Shown here piece after piece: positions 40,557 through 54,994 of a stretch of 64,000 nt of DNA (the stretch's first letter is position 1; every line of letters starts with the position of its first letter). Source of the stretch: Octopus vulgaris (Eukaryota); contig OX597836.1 in NCBI GenBank assembly GCA_951406725.2, positions 23,746,001 through 23,810,000 of the forward strand, given 5' to 3'. Both the position numbers and the translations under genes were made by a program. The notes beneath the pieces were generated by a model. That model saw only the letters and a program-made list of their open reading frames with translations. It ran no database searches and was not told the origin of the DNA.

Positions 40557-42989
40557 ACATACATACATACATACATACATACATACATACATACATACAT
40601 ACATACATACATACATACATAAACGCCATATTTAGCAATTTGGATAAATTCGAAATCAATAACATGCAAAAGTACTATGTTGGAAGCATTTTCAATGATA
40701 TTCTTTTAAACAGAATCTTTTCAAACCTTTTCACATTATATATAGCTTTGCATTCTCATTTGCCAGCAAGCTCTAGTTTATAGCTTATCTTTCACACATT
40801 GTCTGAAGTATGAAGTTTTCAGCTACTGGTAATGTCAAAGTTACTTGAAGGATTGTGTTAACTCAATTTTGTATATGTGTTTATGAAATTTTTTTATTCG
40901 TTTAGATTTTGATTGATGAAATTTTAACCAAAACGGATCTTGAAACAAACTTTATTCACATGTTATACAGCTTAAGGACACCGCTGTTTTATAAGCACGC
41001 AGGACAACTAGCTCGCCGGTAGGGATATCCAATCCTGAAATATCGTAGCATTGTGTCTGGTATCAACTTCTATAGCTCCAAATCATTCGTTTATGATGAA
41101 AATGTCCGTTTTATAACTACTTAGATATAAAATGCTTCTGTAGATAATGAATATCTTCACTAAAATCATACTCTGCCACTCCAGTTTCAATAGTATTATG
41201 AAATACATGTAATTGTACAACAGTATAAATCTGGAGTTTATATTGGACCCAGCCATCTGTGTGAGTGATTGTGTTACATATGTACTGCTTTACTACCTTT
41301 CATCTGAAAGATGAAAGGTAGCAGATTACTTACGTCTTCAAGCATATACAGCAGCTGTCTTTTTATTCGTTATTTCATCATTGTATATCAATAAACAATA
41401 CGGTTACCAAGATTCTATTCTATTTTTAGAACAATTTACAGCTAATTTCATAATAAAAACTAGTTCGTAACATATAAATGACCATATGTTGAAAAAAAGA
41501 AAATATTATCATTCGATTACTTATAATTCTCTGTGGTTATTTGGCATTATTTACCGTATTTCTCTGTCTCTTAAACTGAAGAATACCTAGGAGAGGTTAA
41601 TACTTCAAATGTTCCGTCTAACGTCTTGCAGTATGACGAAAATATATGCTCTAGAAATTTCTCCAGGGGTTTTACTTCAAGGAAAATAAGACGAGTATAA
41701 CAGTTCAAATAACTTAGAATATACTGTTGCACTTGCAAGATACGAGCCAACAAACTACTACAGCTCAATAGTACTTTCAAACTGCTCGTAAGTGAAATCC
41801 TATCATTAAGGCAAACAATTTTTAGGTTTACTAATATAAAGAAACGTAGCAAAGTACATTTCGCCGACGCTCTACCGATTCCGACACCAACGTTTTCATA
41901 AGAAATAATATTTCTAAAAGGCGAAAATTGCTCAGTTGTTTTAACAGGGCAGATGGCAGAAATTTTGTGTACATAATCGAAGTTGTAAACACTTCATTTG
42001 TAATTAATAAGAAAGTACCGTGTCTAACAAAAAAATTTCACTTATATGTTCATCCTCATCTAGGCATGTGTTTTGCAATAGTGATACGACTCAATTGTAT
42101 TCAAATAAATAAAAAAGTTTAATTTTCCATCTCATATATGTACACAGTTTGGATATAATATCTGGATATTCACAATTTATTTTCTACAATAAAGCAAATA
42201 GTTTTCTTTAGATGAACAGAAGAAACTCCCCCAAAATTCCATTTATCTTACAAAGCTTCAATTAACCGAGAAGAACCCAAGGATCACTTTATATTCGCTT
42301 GTTAATGGTACAAAGGGTTGTTGGTATTGGTTCCTGGCTTACAAGATTTGAATGATCTCACACAATATTTTTTCGCGATTTCCTAATAAGTATTTACTAT
42401 TGAAAAAGTTAATCACTTTTAATTTCATTTTATCTCTCGTTTTCAGTTGTTCACTGGCAGAGTAAAAAGTGGAAATTTTTGCAGAATCTGTAACTTGTTA
42501 ATTCTAAGACATATTTTCTGACTATATTTTGAAGTTATTCGACATTTTCGTCCCTTTTATTCATGTCTTTAAGCAAAATATTATTTATCAACACTGTACA
42601 AAGATGTGAAAAACTTACAAATAATTTACTTAAATGTAGAGTAATTATTACCATAGTAACAAATAGCCATAGTATTGTGACTTAGGATTTAGAAATTCAG
42701 ATGCAATCTGTATCTTTGGGATATGAATTATTGTGTTGTATTGTAAAATATCAATATGTTGGGGTGGGGCGTGGGGAAAGGTGTAGAAAATGCATTTATG
42801 AGTTAATAAATATTTTCTCAAAGTCCTTTTAATTGAGGAAAAGCGACCTTAGGATTACAGATTAATTTCCATTCTCATTTTTTTAAATGATGAATTCATT
42901 CAAAAATACATTCTACACAGAAAAAACTGTTCCCAACAACTGATATATTTCTACAATAATAGAGGGAAATAGAAATTTAAACCAGACCC

Positions 42990-44645
42990 TGTGAGTTTAA
43001 TATCACATGATAAAAAACATTTCTGTCGTGAAAAATTGGAACCTGAACTTGGATTTTTTTACACACAAAATCCGAAAACAACATCCATTTATTACCAACA
43101 AGTCAAAATTTTAGGACATTGGATCCATAAAATTGCATTGGTTTTTCTTTCCAGTAAATCAGTTTATGAGGGACTAGGCATAACGTACAAACATACACAG
43201 AAATTGGCTTCTCTTCAAACTCGAATATTTTTTATTGAAAAATTAGTAAACATATCAGAATTTCTACAGACAAATTATATCATTGTTTATGCCTATTTTC
43301 TCTGAATTTGCATTTGGATGATTCTCTTGGATGCAGAACACTAGGAAGATCATGACAAAAAGTTAGTGAAATATTTAAAATGTTTACAGTTGGATAGATA
43401 GACAAATATAACAAAATAATTTGATAAAAAATGTGAATTTTTAATTATTTTCTGAGATTTTACAAAAACCACAAAAATATTTTTTAAGTTCCAGCAATAG
43501 TCCATCATCATACATATGCAAGTCCAATCTGCTTTAATACCCTTGTTCCATTGATGTCTTTTTGTGCAGTAAGTCATTTATAACTATCACAAGTTAATTT
43601 CATGCTGATGCTTCAATGCAATTCTTTAAATTTACAAATTTCTTCAATTTTTTATTATTTCAAGCACATCAAATACTCCGGGTTTTTTTTTTTCACTACT
43701 GAGAATGGGCAATGTGCTGCAGATGTAGTTTAAATCATGATTCCCGTCTGTATCCAGAGCTTTAGCGAACTGCTTCATAATGCTAAGTTGCATTTGATGT
43801 CATGTAGAATAAATTTTCTTGGTTGAACTAACTAAAGGCGCTTCAGCTACATTAACAAACCTGGAACCTGCGACCATATTCTTTGATCATCGAATGTTCT
43901 TCCCTGGATTTGCAATCTCACATATATAAATTGTATGAATATTTGGCGTATACTCTTTGTTGTCCTGGGAAAAAATTGACCATCTTAAAGTCCACGCATA
44001 TCACTTACTGATGATATGTGTTACTCAATTTTCGCTAGCACTATTTTCACTACTTCCTATTTCTCTTCTAGTTTTTCAGAATAGTTGGGACAGAGGCCAA
44101 TTATATTTCCTTTATGAAGTAGAACACATTTCAAACTTCTTTTCGAGATATTGATCAAAAGGCGCCAATCACTTGCATCATATTCTGCTAATCCCATCCT
44201 TTGAAGCAGATCCACAATGTTTATGTAATACACTGACTCATTTTCTGTGAATGAAGGAAGCAATTCAGCATCCTTAGTGCGATAGAAGGTGACTTTAGTT
44301 CCTTCTTTATGAAGGCTTTTTTCCTTTGATAGAGACGCAAGAACTTCTGCAGATTTGTTTGATAGTGTAAGTCCCTGACCAAATCAATGAATTCCTTTTA
44401 ATCAAGTATCTCAAGGTGTGATGACGATTTTGTTCCAAATTAATCCAGATCATCTTTGGCTTTCTCTGGCACAGCTGGTACTTTCTGGTTATCAAGTTCG
44501 TAGCGTACTAAATTTCACACACAAACAATGCATTTTTTTAAAAAATGAGAAAAATTGCAAAACTTAAGGATTTTGGGTATCTTGAAACCTAGACGTGATG
44601 ATAAAAAATGGATTCTGTTTTTGGAATCAGCATATCAAAAATACC
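42990..44645 (-). mobile_element. Decayed Chapaev3-like (CMC) DNA transposon
   Basis: Motifs YDASDWRLLINISKRSLKCVLLHKGN, IMKQFAKALD and MMMDYCWNLK recalled as Chapaev3-type transposase. Superfamily assignment is from memory; boundaries approximate. Confidence 0.6.
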
Positions 44646-44687
44646 TTAGGAATGAGAACTCAGGGTTGGGTTCAAAATTCCACCAGG

Positions 44688-44731
44688 ACACCTGATGAAA
44701 GCTGGAGAGTAAATCAGCCGAAACGTTGGGA
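44688..44731 (+). ncRNA. Minimal hammerhead motif (family H6)
   Basis: acac-CTGATGA-a-agctg gagagtaaat cagcc-GAAA-cg-TT-ggga; core and stem II recognisable, stem I decayed. Confidence 0.55.
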
Positions 44732-44999
44732 TAACAACAAACAAGATGAGGACACATATCCGTCCAATGTAAATAATGAATTCTTATATTGTTTTATATA
44801 TTCTATATATTTCCTAAGTATAGGAAAATTACATTATTTTACTATACTTTAAAATAAATAATATAAAATTGGTTTGTTATATTTTCCTATTAAGCCTATC
44901 TTAAGCAATTCATATTACTCCTCTGCATCGTTTTAATCTCTCTTAGTACTGTACAAAAATATAAAGAATGATCCGACTTCCTGCTTTGAGGGGGGCAGC

Positions 45000-45560
45000 T
45001 ATGTTAAGCATCCACTCCACTTTTATAATTTTCCTCCGTTGTCAAAGTAGTTGAGCATATGAGAAGAACATAATTAAAGAAGAAGCTGCTGGTAAATCTA
45101 AGACAAATTTGAGCATTCTGATAGCTATATTGATGAACAATACGCGGACTCTTTTTCTGGTAGAAGAATTACTCTCTACATTAGACGCTACTATAGCCCC
45201 AGGGTAAATCGAGACGAATTTTATAAATTTTTTCCAAGAGAAATTTGAATATAATTTGTTTAAATCTGATAATAAATGAATCAGTTTAAGAATCAAAAGG
45301 CTAGAAATTACCATGAAAATTTGCTCCGTGCGAAACATTAATATTCAGGAAATGGCCTATGAACTGTTGATTTCAAACAAAACAGTTATGCTAATCGTAT
45401 TTAATAATAAATACGTAATTAAAGTTAGAAAGTCAATATTGTCTTCGTTCAAATACTTCGTAATAATTTTATAGTTCCAATTAGCTAAAAGTCCAAGCCA
45501 ATATCAATTCACAAAAACCTTCCTGGCCTCGAAATATTTGGCTTTTGAGGTGAAAAATTT
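45000..45560 (-). mobile_element. Possible ancient L1/Tx1-like RT remnant
   Basis: LLANWNYKIITKYLN resembles the RT motif ISLLNxDYKIxxK. Weak. Confidence 0.3.
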
Positions 45561-47595
45561 ATTTTTTTCTTTTGTTTTTGAACTGTGGTGAACGGAATCA
45601 GAGGAGTTTAGAAAAATAGGTGAAATAAACCGCAACAAAATAACGAGTGAAATATATATTCATTGTGATAAACTTATTTGTATTTAAAATATCGTTAAGT
45701 AAATTTTAAATTCTATTGAAATAATTATATCATTCTAAATCTCACAAGCAGATAACCAGTAAACATTTTTGGAAAATGCAGTACATGAAAAGATAGTCTT
45801 AATACTGAATAAATATACAAACGAGTGGCGCAAATCGCATAACAAAATCAATCAAAATGATATCTATTTTGTGCTTATTTTATTCTATACGAGAAGGAGC
45901 TTAGCCTAGTGTGATCTTGAACGTAATATTCAATGGTAAATTCGATACCTCGACCAAAGGTACTGTCACCTACGCTTTTCTGCTCATCTGAAAATGACTA
46001 CCTATTTACGTATGAGTGAGTGTCGGTGAAGGTGATCGTAATCGTATTCATATTAAACAGAAGAAAAACTGTGAGAAGCATAACCGAACATTGATGAACA
46101 CTAGTATTTACTGAGCGGTTGTTAAAGAGAGTTCTGCTAATTATTGCAGCAATATTTCGGTCTAACAGAAAGTTTCATATCCAAGTGGCATGCACGGATG
46201 AAGCCCACAGATTGATGGGTCATAGTTCGTCTATCTTTTTTCATTCATCTTTGCCATAGCCAACCTATCACTCGCTGACAATCCGCTCACGACTAATGTA
46301 AAAACATATTTATCATCAAACTCGCATTGGTGAACACTGGATCTTTGGATTTATTTGTGTCACATATATTACTAATAATAACGTCTGTTATATAGCCCCA
46401 ATTAGGAATTAATTGTAAAAGATTATTATTTTGGGTGGAACATGAAAAATTAATATGTTTTCATATTTTCTTATCTACTGTTGAACGATTTTAATAATAA
46501 AGTCAGTGTGAAATTGCGAATGATTCTGAATTGCAGAGGAAGTAAAAAAACTTATTAGTATCACAACTTAATTCTTTCGGTGCATTTCCAAATGTCTTCT
46601 AACTTTTTCAGACATATAGTAAATATGTTGCTCAAGAAGTTCTCTCGTAAAAATCATTTACGTAAGTTTCTAAATCAGATAACAATTGATCGCAATTAGA
46701 TGTTCTCCATAGAGTGAAACCTAGAAAAGATTTTTCCAAGCTTAAAAAAATATTACATTTAATCAAGGCCATTTTCGTAGTTTATAAATGTGGAAATATA
46801 TATTTTATATAGTACAAATTCATTTGCTTCGCATTACATTTTCGGTTGTGAAGACTAGCTGGGGACTTTGAAATAAAATCCTATTATTAATGTACCTATT
46901 AACAGTTTAACATCTGTAAACTGAAAATTGTTCGTTATTAGCTAAAATCGGATGTAATTGAAACATTCCAGAAGCCAGATAGACTCTCTCAAATGAATTA
47001 TATTAATAATGTGCGTTTGGGTGTGTTTTGCGTATATTCCTAGATATGTCTTAACAAATAAATCTATGCGAGTGTCTATAATATATGTGATATAAAGGGG
47101 GCGCGTAAATTTCTTTGTATGTCTGAGTACGGAGACTTGTTCCCAGTAGGACACCAAATCCCATGTAGTTGTTTACTTTGAAGTCATAAAAGTGCGCTTC
47201 TCTTCAGTGCGGCTCATTGACATCCATTGAAGATGCAACATACAGCTGATTCTTCGTAATCATGATTTTTTTCAGCCATATATCGCAAAGGTTTATATTT
47301 TCTTTTTATATATGCCTTTTCTTTAGAAATTATCTTCCGAGTTATTCTTACAATGAAATTTTATTTCATCAAGTTTTCAGTTTCATGGCATAAATCCAAT
47401 AGATCTCAACATAAATATTTTGAATAATATATTTCATAAGAGTGGTTACTTCTCAATGTTTTTCTGCTCTTTTCGGATTGCTTAAAGCAGCAGTTTAAAT
47501 AATAGAGTATTACCGTAGAAAACTGGGAAAATAATGTCATAAATAAAGTTTACATAAAGTTAACTCTTCATTTTAACTGTAGTAGTCTAATTTAC

Positions 47596-47627
<32 letters not shown>

Positions 47628-47895
47628 CATACATACATACATACATACATACAAATATACATACATACATACATACATACATACATAATTAACACGTAGC
47701 AGATAAGCTTGGACATCAGGTACTTAGAAACTTATATACAAATATTGTGAAGTAACATAAGTAATTGTCTGTAAACAGTTTCTGAAAATGTTTTTAAACC
47801 AACAAAAGTAATGGTGGGATTTTGATGACGATACCCCACCTCCACTATCCTACCATTACCGCCACAACTACTATTACAGCTAGTGTCACAAACCA

Positions 47896-47938
<43 letters not shown>

Positions 47939-50097
47939 GGAGAACTTCTGTCATGCATAGAACACTTTTTTAGTAGCAGGGTCGTATCAAAGGAACGCTT
48001 CTGTATTGGATAAATCATGATTATTTAATTTTCAAAATTCATGGCTGTGTAATTAGTTTTTGTACTAAGGTTTAAGTCATCATGTAGATTTTAGAGAATT
48101 CTTCTGCAAGTGATTTCAGATTTGAAAGAAAACGAAACTTAGCTTGCAGACAAGGATTTCGGCACACCTTGTGGTCGCTCAACCTACAAAAAGTAACAGC
48201 CAAATATTCTTTCAAATTACTCCGTTTTATTTTAAATATAGAAAGGACATATTAAATAACGTAGTCCTACGTATCTACTATGGTTTAATGGCAAATGTAA
48301 TTCCTCGTTCAGGGTATAACATTCTGTTGAAAAATTTGCCGCAAGCTTAATATATAGAATGGTATCAACTATAATATTGACAACATATTGATATTTTTAT
48401 ATTGATATTTGTATATTATAATTATGCACTATTGCTTTTGCTGTTAATTTCGATTATTTCAACATAATTATAACTTTTGTTGATGCAAACGTCGCTGTTG
48501 CTGATATTCACTTTGTTGTTTATTTTATCATTGCTATGTTTCAGTCGAGTGTTTACGCTTTCAGTTTCTGATTGATTACAAAGGAATTTTTAATTTGATG
48601 AGTAAAGAGTACGAAAACGAAACATCCAGGCATCTGTATCGCCAGATACAGGTAAACAATACTTTATGAAAATTACTGTAATTTAAATAAGGGAAAGACT
48701 AAATAGACTCAAGAAGAATATTTCCATAATACGAGCAAATTTATAGCTACATATAATGTGAGCTAAACCAAAACTATTGCAAATTATAAATTATATCTGG
48801 AGAGAAAATATCTCAACAGATTAGATAATTTAAGGAATTAAACGCTCAAACTAAAAATATCCAAAATGTAAAACCAGAACACTTAAAAGTAAAGAATATA
48901 AAAAACATAAATGTGAGAATAAAATTCACTTCTATAGATCAAGCATATGCAAAACAAAACAGATTGCAAAACTACAGAATCAAACCAGTACTGAGCAACC
49001 GAATTTGAACCAAAACTACACAAATGAAAATATGTATGAAAGAGAAAGTATAATCTAATGATGTTGAGAGTTAAATAATTAAAATTGACAGGAGATAATT
49101 TATGCACATTCCTAATTATAAACCATGAAAAGTTTCCAAATTATAACAATAAAGAATGCAAAAACGGTGATCTGAAACTACAATATCGTAAATATTAAGC
49201 AAATGATGTGGAACAATAACAGTAGTCCCGATGTATATTTCCTCAAATCTATTCTTTTAGAAACATTTAACTGTGAGAAAACAACATAGAAACTTCCCAA
49301 TCTTTAATGAAATCAACAATAGATAGTAAAAAAATATTGAAAAGGACTACAACAAATATTCCTGGAATACATTATAACAAATTAAGAAAGCAACAAAGAA
49401 TAAGTGAAGCAAGGCAACTTCTTTTTATAAAGACAGATTCTCTTTTTGACTATTCATTCTTATAAAAAGCCATTACATTTCTTTCAACAAAACAATCAGT
49501 TCGATTCGAACCGCAAAAAGTCATTATCAAAATCAAAGTAAAAACATTATATGTAAATCTATGTATCTTTAACAAGAAGACAAACACGAATATAACTACT
49601 AAAGAATAATAGAGTATTTTCTGCCTTCAGGAAAGCTAACAAATACAAAGTGTAAGTTGAAGACTGAGATTATTGTGATGAGAAAGGAGGAACACTGTGA
49701 AAAGAAAATTGAAAACTAAATGAAATACTTATTATGAAATACTTATAGAAAAGGTGGTAAAAATATACTTCACAAAGAGTCATAGAGAATGTTAATCTGC
49801 ACACATAAGGCGACGAAGGCAAATCAACCAGATTCTATTATCACGTACTTGCCAGGAAAGGAAATGTCTTCTGGCTGGAGAAGCAATTATAAAAGACTAA
49901 CGAATTTCCCCAAAATGAAGATGGTATTCATATATAATGATTTGGAAATAGAGAGAATCAGAATATAGAGAATGAAAATAGGATCCATCCCTATTATATA
50001 TAACAAGGCCTCAAGAATGTTTAAAATAAATTCAGAAAAACAATATATCTAAAATTGCCGAAATAATACCTAAAATAAAGGAAATCACTGGATTTGC

Positions 50098-50955
50098 GGA
50101 TCTTTTCACTTTGACCGGCAGATCTTTAAAATAATTTCTTTGTAACTAAACACTTTTAAACTTCGTATACTGGTAGAATGTGTTCCATAAAACATCTTTT
50201 TCTCTTGGCTTTCTTGAGAAAATTCTGTAGTTTGTAAGCTATTTCTTGTTAAATTTCTTGCATTTCGGCAATTTCACCCAATCAGTGACGTCTAATGAGG
50301 TGAATACAATTTCTGCGGTTCTTTGTCAACAACAATTTATTGCGGTGTCTACTCAATTTGTCACTGTTATTTATGACATATTTTATATCAGTTACGTTCG
50401 TATGAATAAAAGATTATCGTTATTAAACTTTTATTAATAAACACATATTCTAAGTTCACAACATATGCAGTTTTAATTTCCCTCTCTGCTGCACATATAC
50501 ACACATTACATATTATATATTCGTTTAAGAAACAGATTGGGTTTCTGAAGAAAAAAGATACCCTTCGCCTCAACCCTAACCCTAATCCTAACCCTAAAAC
50601 ACATTGAAATGCAATAGATCGATACTAGGGTCATAATTATGGGTGGACACTAAATGAGGGAACGGTTTTGTTTTCCAGCTCTGTTTACGGGTGACCCCCT
50701 CAGTTTATGGCCACACACGTGTATTTGTTTACATTTGAAGAAGATCGTCACTTTCCGTAAAATTTTAATTTTTTTTATACATGTGGGGTTATGGTTATGG
50801 TGAGAGGTGGGGGGCTTACAAACTACAGAATTTTTTCAAGAAAGCCAAGAGAAAAAGATGTTTTATGTAACACATTCTACCAGTATACGAAGTTTAAAAG
50901 TGTTTAGTTACAAAGAAATTATTTTAAAAATCCGCCGGTCAAAGTGAAAAGATCC
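50098..50955. mobile_element. Non-autonomous DNA transposon (MITE) with ~142-bp TIRs and 8-bp TSD, possibly Merlin-like
   Basis: TIRs 50098-50239 and 50814-50955 begin GGATC. Flanks GGATTTGC (50090-50097) and GGACTTGC (50956-50963). No ORF. Confidence 0.85.
50572..50597. repeat. Interstitial telomeric-type (CCCTAA)n repeat inside the MITE
   Basis: AACCCTAACCCTAATCCTAACCCTAA. Confidence 0.85.
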
Positions 50956-50999
50956 GGACTTGCCTCTCTGTAATATACCTATAACACTATACATAGTAT

Positions 51000-51365
51000 C
51001 TTTTATCTTCTACTTGTTTCAGTCATCTGACTGCAGCGATGCTGGGGCACCGCCTTCAAGAAATTTTTGTCGTATTTAATCTTGTAATATTCTAGTAGTT
51101 ATTCTATCGGTCTGTTTTGCTGAACTGCTAAGTTACTGGGACGTAAATGCATCAACACCAGTTGTTAATCGGTAGAGGGGAACGAACACAGATACAAAGA
51201 AACATAGACACACGCACATACGACGGGATCTTTCAGTTTCTGTCTACCAAATTCACTTATAAGACTTTGCTCGGATGGGGTTATATTAGAAAACACTTGC
51301 CCAAGGTGGGACGGAACCCGGAACCATGTAGTTGTGAAACAAGCTTCTTGCCACACAATCACGCC
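51000..51365 (-). mobile_element. SINE family B, near full length
   Basis: Head at ~51365; tail ..GACTGAAACAAGTAGAAGATAAAA is shared with 55990-56157. Confidence 0.75.
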
Positions 51366-51514
51366 GGGTAGACTAGTATCAGTACAATAGAAAAAACAAA
51401 GGCCAATCTTATACGTACCGATAGAAGAGCTGCGTTTCGTTATGCGTTGAAATAAGATAGTTACTAATCCTATTAGTAACACAACAATTTCAAATGTTAG
51501 CACAATATCAGTTA

Positions 51515-52153
51515 CTTTTTCGGAGAAAGGGCAAGTCGATTACATGGATCAGAGTGCCCAGCTGCTGCTTATTTCATCGACCGCGAAAGATGAAAGCCAA
51601 ATTCGACCTTGGGAAAATTCGAACTACGGAAGAAATGCCGCTAAGTATCTGACCTCATCACGATACTGTCAACTTACTCGTAATGATGATGATAATTATC
51701 CTTTTCTTCTCTAGGCACAAGGCCCGAAATTTGGGGGGGGGGACCAGTCGATTAGATCGATATCAGTACGCAACTAGTATTTAATTTATCGACCCCAAAA
51801 GGATGAAAGGCAAAGTCGACCTCAGCGGAATTTGAGCTCAGAACGTAACGGCAGACAAAATACCGCTAAGCATTTCGCCCGGCGTGCTAACGATTCTGCC
51901 AGCTCGCCTCCTTTAAATACCTATTTCTTTACTACCCACAAGGGGCTAAATACAGAGAGGACAAACAAGGACAGACAAACGGATTAAGTCGATTATATCG
52001 ACCCCAGTGCGTAACTGGTACTTATTTAATCGAGCCCGAAAGGATGAAAGGCAAAGTCGACCTCGGCGGAATTTGAACTCAGAACGTAACGACAGACGAA
52101 ATACAGCTACGCATTTCGCCCTGCGTCCTAACGCTTCTGCCAGCTCGCCGCCT
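51515..52153 (-). mobile_element. Head-to-tail cluster of three family-A SINEs (51515-51650 decayed, 51700-51912, 51918-52153)
   Basis: Each matches the reverse complement of 438-669. Confidence 0.8.
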
Positions 52154-53369
52154 TTGATAATGATAAGTTTTGTAACTATGGTTTTTATTTGTCATAAGAG
52201 TGACGGATATGGAAATTTACTAAGATAAATTGAAAAAATTTATGCTTTTACTTTGAGTGAAAAATGAAAATAAAAATATGGATATCAATTAGGAAATATT
52301 GAAAAGGGCTTTACGTTAGAGGAAAAAAAAACGTCTTCAGTCTTGTCAAAAACTAACTCGTTTGTCATAATTAGCAGCCAGAAGGTCAGAGAAAGCAATT
52401 CAGGATTATCAATACTAAGATTTGACTGACTGTTTGATTCATCTTTCACTTGTTAATGTGTTCGATGTAAATTCCCAAATCAGTAATATTCGGACACAAA
52501 ATAAATATGAGGATGTTATGCATGTAATTTATATTTCAAGCTGGAAACGCAGTCCAGTGTCAAGTGATGGACTTTTTACATTTGTCCATATTCACTTTCC
52601 TAAAAGTCTTTCCGATCATCGTCGGCGCCCATGATATCTCCCAGAATATCGTTTGTACACCTTCCCGAAATTTTTTATAGAGTGGAAAGATTGACGTTCT
52701 ACTAACGGTATTGCTTGACTAATTGAGGACTGTTGACGTCCAACAACATATCAGATACTAAATATGCTATCGTAGTCACCGTTGACGCAGCAATAACACC
52801 CCAGTTAACAATACGAAACGAGAAAAACGCGTTAAATAGATGACATTCACACTTATTCCCGTTCACATTTATCTAGATGCCTATACAGGTGACTGTTTGA
52901 ATTTTTAAGTAACTTGTTCATCTCCCGGAAAGTCCGTTCAATTTGACTAGATACTGCTTACCCTTCAAGTTCTTCAGAGAGTTAACTGCTTGGAATCTGA
53001 AATAATGCTGTGCTTTAATCTCCTGTTAGAACAAATTTTCTCACGCTGTTATAGACTATAGGAAAAACGAAGTTCACTACGTTTTTCTCTCCTAAATACG
53101 GAAGATTTGGGAATAACTATGAGCCACATATATTTATTCCAGCAGCCTATGTTATTTAATACAACGCAGATAGGTCAATGAATTGTGATCAACTGCTCAA
53201 CAACTCAGTCGTTCACAGTATTTGCTGTTGAAGATCTTTCGCGTCAGGAAACAATATGTAGGTTTCTGTGGCAAAGAAATTAATAACAAATAACTCGAGT
53301 CAACGAAATATTTTAAAATTTATTATTATTATTATTATTGTTGTTGTTGTTGTTGCTGTTGTTGTTTTT

Positions 53370-54460
53370 GTTTACTTTTAATATGCATGCTTGTTACAGT
53401 CACTCACCGAGAAACCAGCGTCCTAGTCCGAGTGAAGGATATAGAATGTTATAGAATGACTGAAAGCTTGAGGAGGGGAATTAACCTCTCGCATTCCATG
53501 CAGTCTTGCCATTTCCACTTTCAATTCGGAGTACTTGGGGATTTTTTTCAACCTCTTTACTCACAACATTCATGAAATTTGGTATGGCTACATCAGTGAT
53601 CTGACAGTATTTGTCTCTCTTTTCAATATGACAATATCCGGCCGACAGTGTTCGATTACACGATCCGTCTGAAAATCATAGTCCCAGAGTATCGTTACTT
53701 TTCTATCATCCAACACAAATTTACTTGGTACATGCTCATACCAGTTATCTGTAACTTCCTATTGGTAGTTACGGCATAAAAACCACACATTTTCCACACT
53801 TCACAGTGTCTGCGTTTCTGGGTGTCAGAAGTTTTATAGATGCTATACTTCATTGAATTGGCACCGAGAGTTTGGTTTTGTGCAGCAATGAACGATGCTG
53901 TATTATCCTTATCGTCCTGTGTATTCCTTTCAAACTGTCTATGCATTCTTATTTCTAGAAGGTCTTCTATTTTTTTTTATCATTAGCTCTTTGATTAAGC
54001 TCTTTCCCTGCCCATCATTTCATCTGCATTTACACCCAAATTTTTCGCGGCGTTTTGCAGCAGTTCTTATTCACTCCATTTAAGTAACCCTGCCTCCTAA
54101 TCACTCTCACTTGGTTCATTAGTGTATTTTCTGACATTGGACACATGTCATTTTCCATCCAAAATTTCAAGGTACGTCAGCTTACTCTGCGATTTATTTC
54201 CAGCTTTGCTCTTTCATGATATTCAATAAGTCTATTGTACACTTCCTTCGTCCACTTATGTCTATTTTTGCGTACACCATGCATGTGATCTGTTGTGACA
54301 TAACGACTGTCCGAGGCCAGATCACTGCCACTAATGCGGGAGGTTTCGGACGTGCCGGGCAGGAAACGTTCACTATGATCGGCTAAAGCCTCATTCTCGC
54401 CGTTAATTCTTTCCTTGTTGTGTTGCATCATGATTTCATGAGTCGTTTGTGGGGTTCCTC
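53370..54460 (-). mobile_element. Internally deleted R4/Dong-type LINE ending in (AAC)(AAT)n
   Basis: N-terminal RHKWTKEVYNRLIEYH, AAQNQTL, ILWDYDFQTDRVIEHCRPDIVI. Repeat tail at 53320-53365. Confidence 0.75.
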
Positions 54461-54994
54461 TTCCTCTCTTTATGTGTATATACACATGCACGTGTATGTA
54501 CATACACACACATATATATAAATAACGTACTTGCATTGTGTTGCCTCCATAAGTACAGTGATTATCATTATCACCATCGTTCTACCTAGAACATATAAAA
54601 ATATCAATTATAATAAGTGTCCCGCTATATTGCAGCAGATCTTCGTCTCTATTTATCAAATATTCGGCAAGCGTTCGCTTTCACTTGTTATACAACGGTT
54701 TATATTAATCAGTCCTCTGCCACCATTCTTTTTTTTTATATATACAGACTGTTTACGTTTGCAGTGAACACTTAATACTATCTTTTGCGTTCCCTGTATG
54801 AATGACAATCCAGGGGTTATTCTCAACTAATTTTTAGTTCCTTTACTGGTCATTTCAAGTGCTCCCATTTATCCTCCTTCTCCTCCTCCTCCTCCTCCTC
54901 CTCCTCCTCCTCATCATCATCATCATCATCGTCATCGTCGACGTCGTCGTCATCATCATTATTGTTCTAAATTAAACGAATAAATATATATATA

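Noticed and set aside
48640-50085. A-rich strand-biased region that might be an ancient LINE
   Set aside because: Only vague motif echoes; no reading frame long enough to support a call.
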